A DNA stretch of 64,000 nt from an uncultured Bacteroidales bacterium (GTDB lineage: Bacteria > Bacteroidota > Bacteroidia > Bacteroidales > VadinHA17), in the NCBI GenBank assembly GCA_963825935.1, contig CAWGUN010000013.1, positions 1,012,340 to 1,076,339 of the forward strand. The letters run 5' to 3'. The notes below the pieces were generated by a model that saw only the letters and a list, made by a program, of their open reading frames with translations, was not told the DNA's origin and did not search any database. Made by a program: the position numbers and the translations under genes. Below, piece by piece: positions 57,030 through 64,000 of the stretch; within the stretch, counting starts at the first letter, position 1, and each line of letters begins with the position of its first letter.

Positions 57030-59252
57030 TTGAATTTAATTTATTTACTTGCATACTATCAAGTTTCTATATTTCAGGTGGAAACAGACAAAATACAATC
57101 CGGATACAGGGCTTTGTTGCGGGCGACTAAAAACTCCGTAGCTCCGGGTGATAATATTAAGATCCGCAGAGCTGTCGATCTTGCTATTGATGCCTGCGGA
57201 GGGAATCTTATCCTGACCGGTGAGCTGGAGATTCTTCATGCCCTGTCAGTTGCCAGGATAATTGCGGGGGAGATGGGACTTGGCATCACATCAATAATAC
57301 CGGCTGTCCTGCACGATTCTTACAACCGGTTGAAAATTAACCCAAAAGAACTTGAGAAAGAATTCGGTCCAAAGGTTGTTGAAATCCTGAATGGTTTTTC
57401 GAGGGTGACAAACATTGATTCGATGCAATCTTCCTACCAGGCAGAAAATTTCAGGAAATTGCTCTTAAGCCTGGCTGATGACGTCAGGGTAATTCTGATA
57501 AAACTGGTTGAGCGTCTTGATTATATGCGCAATCTCGACAAGGCACCTGAAAAGGAAAAGATGCCCCTGGCTTCCGAAACATACTTTCTCTATGCACCTT
57601 TGGCCCACCGGCTCGGTTTTTATAATATAAAATCAGAAATGGAGGATCTTGCTGTCAGGCACCTCGAACCTGAGCAGTACAGGAATGTGGAAAACCGCCT
57701 GAAGAAGACGACAGCTTCCAGGAACAAGTTAATCAGGGATTTCTCGCTGCCACTTCAGGAAAAACTGGAGAAGCAAGGCTTTAGATTCACTATTAAAAGT
57801 CGCACAAAATCAATACATTCCATAATGTTGAAAATGAAAAAGCAGGGAGTGGAATTTGAGGAGGTGTATGATCTTTTTGCAGTGAGAATTATTCTGGACA
57901 GCAATAGTGAAAATGAAAAATCGGACTGCTGGAGAGCATACTCTGTTGTGACGGATCTTTACCAGCCTAATCCAAGCAGGTTACGCGACTGGATATCTGT
58001 TCCGAAATCAAACGGTTACGAATCTCTGCATACTACAGTCGTGGGTCCCCGGGGCAAATGGGTCGAGGTACAGATAAGATCTGTACGAATGGATGAAATT
58101 GCAGAAAAAGGTCTTGCTGCTCATTTCAAGTACAAAGGGATCAAAGGAGAGGGAGGACTTGACACCTGGCTTACTAAAATGCGTGAAATCCTTGAATCAT
58201 CTGAAAAAGAGGATAATGCATTCCTTGACCAGGTAAGGTCGGGGTTATATACAGATGAAGTATTTGTATTTACTCCAAAAGGCGATCTGCGTCAGCTGCC
58301 GGCTGGAGCAACTGTACTTGATTTTGCTTTTGATATTCACACTGATGTCGGAGCTTCATGTGTTGCAGGTAAGGTTAACGGCAAAAATGTAACTATACGG
58401 CATATTCTGCAGAACGGTGATCATGTCGACATCATCCGGTCGAAAAATCAGAAACCGAAACAGGACTGGCTTTCATTTGTGGTGACAAACAAAGCCAAGA
58501 CTAAAATAAAACAGGTTCTGAACGAGGAGAAAACCAGGGCTGCTGCTGAAGGTAAGGAGATGCTTATGCGGCGTCTTAAGAACTGGAAAATTCCGTATGG
58601 TGATGCAGTGATTCAGAAACTATTAAACCATTATAATTTTAAAACGGCACAGGATCTTTATTACCTTATTGAAACCGGGAAAATAGAGCTTCTTGATATA
58701 AAAGAAATTCTCCGGAAAGATGAACCTGATGTTTCTGTCATTCAGACATCGGTAACTCCTGAAAAAGAGGTTAAGGAACTGGTTGATGTTCAATATTCTG
58801 ATTATCTGGTAATTGAGGACAGGGTGGAGGGACTTGATTACAAGCTGGCAAAATGCTGCAATCCTGTTTTTGGTGACGCTGTATTTGGTTTTGTGACAAT
58901 TTCGGAAGGTATTAAAATTCACAGAAAGGGGTGTCCAAATGCTCATAATATGATGGCACGATATCCTTACAGGGTTATTTCTGCACGTTGGATAAAAACA
59001 ACGAGCAGCCCTTCATTTATTGCTTCAATTAAAATAACCGGAATTGAAGATGTCGGTATTGTAAACAGAATTGCTGATGTAATTTCAACATATAACCTGA
59101 GCATAAGGAATTTCAATTATAATATGGATGAGGGAATGTTTGAAGGTACTCTCAATATAATGGTACCAAATAATGATATCCTTTATGGATTAATAAAAAA
59201 GATTCAGTCTTTAAAAGGTATACAGAAAGCAACCCGTCTTAACAGCGAATAA
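57030..59252 (+). CDS. Long RelA/SpoT homologue ((p)ppGpp synthetase; hydrolase domain looks degenerate)
   Basis: 740 aa. The synthetase core (YESLHTTV, VEVQIRSVRMDEIAEKGLAAHFKYK), TGS and ACT-like C-terminal domains are present. The track start is a TTG, so the true start is uncertain. Confidence 0.85.
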   Translation: MNLIYLLAYYQVSIFQVETDKIQSGYRALLRATKNSVAPGDNIKIRRAVDLAIDACGGNLILTGELEILHALSVARIIAGEMGLGITSIIPAVLHDSYNRLKINPKELEKEFGPKVVEILNGFSRVTNIDSMQSSYQAENFRKLLLSLADDVRVILIKLVERLDYMRNLDKAPEKEKMPLASETYFLYAPLAHRLGFYNIKSEMEDLAVRHLEPEQYRNVENRLKKTTASRNKLIRDFSLPLQEKLEKQGFRFTIKSRTKSIHSIMLKMKKQGVEFEEVYDLFAVRIILDSNSENEKSDCWRAYSVVTDLYQPNPSRLRDWISVPKSNGYESLHTTVVGPRGKWVEVQIRSVRMDEIAEKGLAAHFKYKGIKGEGGLDTWLTKMREILESSEKEDNAFLDQVRSGLYTDEVFVFTPKGDLRQLPAGATVLDFAFDIHTDVGASCVAGKVNGKNVTIRHILQNGDHVDIIRSKNQKPKQDWLSFVVTNKAKTKIKQVLNEEKTRAAAEGKEMLMRRLKNWKIPYGDAVIQKLLNHYNFKTAQDLYYLIETGKIELLDIKEILRKDEPDVSVIQTSVTPEKEVKELVDVQYSDYLVIEDRVEGLDYKLAKCCNPVFGDAVFGFVTISEGIKIHRKGCPNAHNMMARYPYRVISARWIKTTSSPSFIASIKITGIEDVGIVNRIADVISTYNLSIRNFNYNMDEGMFEGTLNIMVPNNDILYGLIKKIQSLKGIQKATRLNSE

Positions 59253-59278
59253 TACAGGCAATTATGTCCGGAGACAAG

Positions 59279-62212
59279 TTAGTATCTTTTATCAGGTTTT
59301 ACAGGAAGCTTTGCCAGCTTTTCAACTTCGATTGAAGGATAACCAAACTCTTCAACAACCTTTCCGAGAATAAGGTAGGTACCTGCTCCTTTAAAAGGGA
59401 AGTTCTTTAGTGATTGCGGGAAATGTGTGGTATCAAAGAAATCACCATCAGGGTCTATGAAACACCCGAAATTCATCCACTCCTTTTTTATCGTTTTAAT
59501 GTACTTGATTGTCACCAGGTGGCCGACCATCCTGACACTCTTCCCTTTGTGATTTATCATCTCACGAGCTGTGATCTCACCACGGAATGATGTCTCAAGC
59601 ATATCAAACCATGTCATTGATACAGGGAAACTTAACAGCTCTATCTCATCATAAGCATCATCCAGTTTATCCTGTTCAAGCTCGGGGAGGGCAAACTCTT
59701 TTACCGGAGAGGAAAAGAGAGGCCTTATCGGTTCAGGTTTGCTTTTGTTCATAAGCATATGAGCTTCCCACAGAAGCACTGCTTTTTTCTTTCCGGTGAA
59801 CCTCATTGCACCGGCCCTGATAAGCAGAATAACCTGTTCAAGTCCGGGATTGACCCTTGAAACAAAGTCGTTCAGGTCCGCAAAGGGACCCTCAGCCTGA
59901 CGGTTCTCTTCAATTGAAGTTGCCAGGTTATACTCAAGGCTCATAATATGAATGAACCCCAGGTAAATATCTGTCCCATAGATGTTTGTTTTGTAATTGC
60001 TTTTATTGACGCATGGCGGCAGAATTGTTGCTCCGTATCGTTTTGCTTCGTGAACATATACCCATGTCCTGTAAAATCCGCCGAAATTATTGATAACGGC
60101 CACCATGAATTCAAGCGGATAATGTGCTTTCAGCCAGAGGCTCTGGAAGCTCTCAACGGCATACGATGCAGAGTGTGCCTTTGAAAATGAATAACCTGCG
60201 AATGACTCGATCTGCCGCCATACCTCTTTTGTCAGCTCCTCACTGTAACCCTTCTCGTGGCAATTGGAAAAGAATTTTTCAATAATTCTCTTCATCTCCT
60301 GCTTTGAACGATATTTCCCGCTCATCGCCCGTCGCAGTGTATCGGCATCAGCCAGATCGAGTCCTGCAAAGTGATGGCATACTTTCAGTACATCTTCCTG
60401 GTAAACCATCACCCCGAAAGTCTCTTCAAGTTGTTCTTTCATTACCGGATGTAAGTACTTGAATTTGTCGGGGTTATGGAAGCGATAAATATATTCCCGC
60501 ATCATCCCCGAACGGGCGACCCCTGGTCTTATTATTGAGCTTGCAGCCACAAGGGTTTTATAATCATCACATTTCAGTTTCTGGAGAAGTCCGCGCATCG
60601 AGGGACTCTCGACATAGAAGCATCCTTTTGTCTCGCCACTCTTCAGGTATTCTTTGATCTTGGGGTCATTTTTGAACTTCTGTATTGCATGAACATCCAC
60701 ATCAATTGAGCGGTTCCGGAGAATGATCTCAGCACTTTCCCTGATATGTCCGATACCTCGCTGACTGAGTATGTCGAGCTTTTCAAAACCTATTTCCTCG
60801 GCAGTGTACATATCCCACTGGGTAGTCGGAAATCCTTTCGGCGGCATATCCAGGGCAGTATAGCACGAAACAGGTTCTTCTGATATCAGAATGCCGCCTG
60901 CGTGTATGCTTCTCATATTGGGGAAGTCGGCTATCCTGTGACCGGTTGAGAATATTATATTTGTTATCTCATTCCTGTTAGTTTCTGATGATGGATTATC
61001 AATAATTGCATCAATCTCTTCCTTTGGCAGTCCATGGACTTTCCCGAGCTCCCTCACAATCGATTTCCCCCTGAATGTGCTTATTGTACCAAGAAGTGCA
61101 GTATGGCTGGTGCCGTATCTTTTAAATATATAGTCGATTACTTCATCTCTCTCTTTCCATGAATAGTCGATGTCAAAGTCGGGAGGACTGCTTCGTTTCG
61201 GATTTATGAATCTTTCAAAGTAAAGGTTTAGATCAATAGGGTCAACATTGGTGATTTTCAGGCAATAAGCAACAATTGAATTTGCCCCGCTTCCTCTTCC
61301 GACATGATAAAAGCCACGTGCCATAGAGTACCGCACTATGTCCCATGTTATAAGGAAATATGCTGAAAAACCAAGTTTGTCGATAATTTCAAGTTCGTGC
61401 TTTATTCTTCTTTTTGCTTCATTGTTATTTTTCCCGTACCGGTAAATCATTCCGTCCCACGCAAGTTTTTCAAGTAGCAGCTTGTCGTCGTACCTGCTTG
61501 CCGAAAAGATCTTTTTGTTTTTCTGGCTCTCATGATCAAATGATAAGCTGCAATCTTCGAACAGTTTATTTGTATTGGAAATTATAGCCGGGTACTCTGA
61601 AAAGGCTTTCCTGATGTTGTCAGACGAATTAAAAAACTCATTCTCACCTGCACATTGCCATGGTTTAAGGTGACTCAGGAGAATATTATTATCAACAGCT
61701 CTCAGGCTTTTATGAATGAAGATATCATCGTTACCTGCAAATGTCACAGGGTGCAGTATCACCATTTTGTTCCTGGCGGAAGGAGAGAGGGTAAGCAGCT
61801 TGTTTACCTCCTCGGTTCTGATCCCCGTGCGTTCATTATCAAACAGTTTACGGCCTGGTTGTTTTGCCAGTGAATAAATTATATATGCTTCTGAAAATGA
61901 AGGTGCCGGGAACGGTACCGGTGTTTTTTCGAAGTTATGGTCTGACAGGAATTCGTTCAGTTGCCTTAATCCGTTGTTGTTGCGTGCTATCCCGATATAC
62001 TGTAATTCATTATCAATCCTGAATTCCATACCGGCTACCGGTCTGATGTTATTCCTGATACATTCTCCCGAGAATTCCGGTATTGCTGTTGAATTATTGA
62101 TATCAGTCAGGGTAATAGCTTCCGCGCCTGCATTTTTTGCCTTCAGCACAAGCTCTTCCACGGACATTGTTCCGTAACGCAGGCTGTAATATGAGTGACA
62201 ATTTAAATACAT
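59279..62212 (-). CDS. dnaE2: Error-prone DNA polymerase III alpha paralogue
   Basis: 977 aa with an N-terminal PHP domain (LNCHSYYSLRYG), a pol III alpha core (DIDYSW..., FSKAHSASYA), and its position after a Y-family polymerase gene. Confidence 0.8.
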   Translation of the reverse strand: MYLNCHSYYSLRYGTMSVEELVLKAKNAGAEAITLTDINNSTAIPEFSGECIRNNIRPVAGMEFRIDNELQYIGIARNNNGLRQLNEFLSDHNFEKTPVPFPAPSFSEAYIIYSLAKQPGRKLFDNERTGIRTEEVNKLLTLSPSARNKMVILHPVTFAGNDDIFIHKSLRAVDNNILLSHLKPWQCAGENEFFNSSDNIRKAFSEYPAIISNTNKLFEDCSLSFDHESQKNKKIFSASRYDDKLLLEKLAWDGMIYRYGKNNNEAKRRIKHELEIIDKLGFSAYFLITWDIVRYSMARGFYHVGRGSGANSIVAYCLKITNVDPIDLNLYFERFINPKRSSPPDFDIDYSWKERDEVIDYIFKRYGTSHTALLGTISTFRGKSIVRELGKVHGLPKEEIDAIIDNPSSETNRNEITNIIFSTGHRIADFPNMRSIHAGGILISEEPVSCYTALDMPPKGFPTTQWDMYTAEEIGFEKLDILSQRGIGHIRESAEIILRNRSIDVDVHAIQKFKNDPKIKEYLKSGETKGCFYVESPSMRGLLQKLKCDDYKTLVAASSIIRPGVARSGMMREYIYRFHNPDKFKYLHPVMKEQLEETFGVMVYQEDVLKVCHHFAGLDLADADTLRRAMSGKYRSKQEMKRIIEKFFSNCHEKGYSEELTKEVWRQIESFAGYSFSKAHSASYAVESFQSLWLKAHYPLEFMVAVINNFGGFYRTWVYVHEAKRYGATILPPCVNKSNYKTNIYGTDIYLGFIHIMSLEYNLATSIEENRQAEGPFADLNDFVSRVNPGLEQVILLIRAGAMRFTGKKKAVLLWEAHMLMNKSKPEPIRPLFSSPVKEFALPELEQDKLDDAYDEIELLSFPVSMTWFDMLETSFRGEITAREMINHKGKSVRMVGHLVTIKYIKTIKKEWMNFGCFIDPDGDFFDTTHFPQSLKNFPFKGAGTYLILGKVVEEFGYPSIEVEKLAKLPVKPDKRY

Positions 62213-62218
62213 AATTGA

Positions 62219-62248
62219 GGCGTCAGGCGTCAGGCAACAGGCGTCAGG
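62219..62248. repeat. Heptanucleotide repeat GGCGTCA x2, GGCAACA, GGCGTCA
   Basis: Four 7-mers fill the 31-bp spacer between the Y-family polymerase stop and the dnaE2 start. The stop codon (tca on the plus strand at 62244-62246) lies in the last unit. Confidence 0.85.
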
Positions 62249-63521
62249 TAAACATATAGTACCCTCTCAGTCTTTCTTCCATCATTTCCTGCTCTTTTAC
62301 AGCGTTTTCGAGCTGTTTAAGGGCTTTTTCCTCTCTTTCGGTGCTGGTCATTACCCCGGCAGCTCTGCGCACCGCATTTCGCCCGAAACGGTTCCTGAGC
62401 TTATCCATGGCCATATAAAGACTTACTTTCTCCGGAGTATCGTCAAACATATCGAGCTGCTGGACTCCCCGCACCAGGTGACTGAATCTCACACCGATGA
62501 GCCTGATGAGCATGCGCCGCTGGTATAGCCTGGCAAACAGCTCTTTGGATATTTCCGTTAGCACATGGTCGAAAGCGGTATATGGTATCCGTTTCTGCAG
62601 GGTGTGTGTATCAAAATTTGAATACCTTATTTTTACTGTTACGCATGAGGTAAGCTTCTCATGTTTTCTCAGCTCATAGGCAATCTTTTCGACCATGCTC
62701 ACCAGCAGCTGGTTGAGCCTTGCCATATCAGTAGTGTCTTTCTCAAAAGTATGCTCGGTGCTTATAGATTTCTGTTCCGAATAGCTGATCACCGGTGTTG
62801 AGTCAATTCCATTGGCTCTTTTCCACATTTCAATGCCGTTTTTCCCCATCAGTTTTTCGAGCATCTCTGCAGGAATATTTCTCAGGGTATAAATAGTTGC
62901 TATGCCCATTGACCGGAGCACATGATATGTTTTCTGGCCGATCATCGGGATCTTGCTTATTGAGAGAGGGTCGAGAAAGGGGAGGACAATCTCTTTTCTC
63001 ACCTCAATCTCTCCGTTAGGCTTTGCTTCGCCGGTTGCGATCTTTGATACGGTCTTGTTTATTGAAAGCCCGATTGAAATTGGCAGCCCTGTCTCTTTAA
63101 TTATATTCTGGCGCAGTTCGTGCGACCACTTATAACACCCGTAGAACCGGTCCATCCCGGTGATATCGATATAATGCTCATCAATCGACGACTTCTCATA
63201 AAGCGGCGATCTTTCGGCGATTATCTCAGTCACAATGTTTGAATAGTTGCTGTACGACTCCATGTCGCCGCGTATTATTATGGCATCGGGACACATATTC
63301 CTGGCCATCTTCATCGGCATCGCCGAGCTTACTCCGTATTTCCTGGCCTCATAGCTGCAGCTCGATACTACACCGCGGTCCGACATGCCGCCTATTATCA
63401 CCGGCTTGCCGGCGAGCCTGCTGTTCTTAAGCCTCTCAACCGATACAAAGAAGGTGTCGAGGTCAAGATGCAGAACAGATCTTTCTATGTTGCCTGAAAA
63501 AAATTGTCCGAAAGCTTGCAT
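62244..63521 (-). CDS. Y-family DNA polymerase (DinB/ImuB-position gene of the mutagenesis cassette)
   Basis: 425 aa with HLDLDTFFVSVE and SIDEHYIDIT (catalytic acidic motifs), immediately upstream of dnaE2. Confidence 0.8.
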   Translation of the reverse strand: MQAFGQFFSGNIERSVLHLDLDTFFVSVERLKNSRLAGKPVIIGGMSDRGVVSSCSYEARKYGVSSAMPMKMARNMCPDAIIIRGDMESYSNYSNIVTEIIAERSPLYEKSSIDEHYIDITGMDRFYGCYKWSHELRQNIIKETGLPISIGLSINKTVSKIATGEAKPNGEIEVRKEIVLPFLDPLSISKIPMIGQKTYHVLRSMGIATIYTLRNIPAEMLEKLMGKNGIEMWKRANGIDSTPVISYSEQKSISTEHTFEKDTTDMARLNQLLVSMVEKIAYELRKHEKLTSCVTVKIRYSNFDTHTLQKRIPYTAFDHVLTEISKELFARLYQRRMLIRLIGVRFSHLVRGVQQLDMFDDTPEKVSLYMAMDKLRNRFGRNAVRRAAGVMTSTEREEKALKQLENAVKEQEMMEERLRGYYMFT

Positions 63522-63538
63522 ATAATATTAATATGATA

Positions 63539-63562
63539 TACATTTGATTAAAAATTAATCAA
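63539..63562 (+). promoter_or_regulatory. -7 box TACATTTG overlapping the perfect palindrome TTGATTAA-aaa-TTAATCAA (candidate LexA-like operator)
   Basis: TACATTTG is at 63539-63546 and the palindrome at 63544-63562. The direct repeat TAATCAATTTT occurs at 63556 and 63579. Confidence 0.4.
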
Positions 63563-63593
63563 TTTTATGATTACAATATAATCAATTTTCATT

Positions 63594-64000
63594 ATGTACT
63601 TCACATCTAACATAAAATTTTTAAGAAAAAGGAGGGGCAGGACACAGGATGAGGTTGCCGTTGCCCTTAACCTGAAACGTTCCACCCTCAGCGGGTATGA
63701 GAACGGAGTGGCTCAGCCAGGGATCGAAATACTGGTAGCATTCTCGCGATACTTCAACATGTCAATTGACACCATTCTGAAGATCGATATATCAAATCTC
63801 TCTGAGAGCCAGCTTGGTGAACTGGAGCGTGGATATGACGCATATATTAAAGGAAGCAACCTTAGAGTTCTTGCTACAACTGTCAACTCCGATAACCTGG
63901 AAAATATTGAACTGGTGCCGGAAAAAGCTAAGGCAGGTTATACTACAGGTTATGCTGATCCTGAATACATCGGGGAATTGCCAAGGTTCAGGCTCCCTTT
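63594..64000 (+). CDS. LexA-like repressor (XRE HTH plus start of an S24 peptidase-type domain), runs off the right edge
   Basis: My translation from the ATG at 63594 reads MYFTSNIKFLRKRRGRTQDEVAVALNLKRSTLSGYENGVAQPGIEILVAFSRYFNMSIDTIL... and stays open to 64000. It is divergent from the polymerase cassette. Confidence 0.65.
   Translation, partial: MYFTSNIKFLRKRRGRTQDEVAVALNLKRSTLSGYENGVAQPGIEILVAFSRYFNMSIDTILKIDISNLSESQLGELERGYDAYIKGSNLRVLATTVNSDNLENIELVPEKAKAGYTTGYADPEYIGELPRFRLP

Noticed and set aside
1-64000. Search for prophage, integrase, transposase, toxin-antitoxin or known defence-system genes that would mark an accessory island.
   Set aside because: None of the translated ORFs shows such motifs. 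The only mobile-element-like content is the pair of small GIY-YIG cassettes.

Overview
This is a 64-kb chromosomal segment from an AT-rich Bacteroidota genome, probably a Bacteroidales-like anaerobe. That assignment rests on several points. The nuo operon has 11 subunits and lacks nuoEFG. TAnnTTTG -7 promoter boxes sit in front of RNA genes and operons. There is a PstS-like/TPR/ExbB/ExbD/ExbD/TonB block, an ECF-sigma module with DUF4252 genes, and a LexA-like/Y-family polymerase/DnaE2 cassette. All protein calls come from motif recognition in the supplied translations; no database search was possible.

Most of the window is housekeeping:
- comA-like and aroE genes
- nuoABCDHIJKLMN and truA
- a galactose block (MFS, galK, MFS, then a frameshifted threonine aldolase)
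- queA, RNase P RNA, kdsA, rarA, ggt
- a YdiJ-like FAD/Fe-S oxidase
- a pta-ackA-ptb-ptb-buk fermentation cluster
- slyD, a GltP-type symporter, pyrK-pyrD, an Lrp regulator and a long RelA/SpoT homologue

No integrase, transposase, phage gene or CRISPR array was seen.

The unusual parts, in order of interest:
1. 52.26-53.36 kb: an intact tRNA-Lys(UUU) is preceded by nine near-identical 69-bp tandem units. Each unit is the 5' two-thirds of a tRNA-Lys-like gene with an abnormal 5-nt anticodon loop. The tRNA is followed by a terminator, a small GIY-YIG nuclease gene and the matching 3' fragment of the same variant tRNA-like gene. The block has its own promoter.
2. 20.1-21.2 kb: a second GIY-YIG gene plus a 232-bp composite inverted repeat lie between two ~106-bp direct repeats. 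Each repeat carries a complete bidirectional terminator.
3. A set of period-7 microsatellites occupies short intergenic spacers.
4. Palindromic candidate operator arrays lie upstream of an XRE-type HTH gene and of the LexA-like gene.
5. Two genes are interrupted by single-base frameshifts, one of them in a homopolymer tract.
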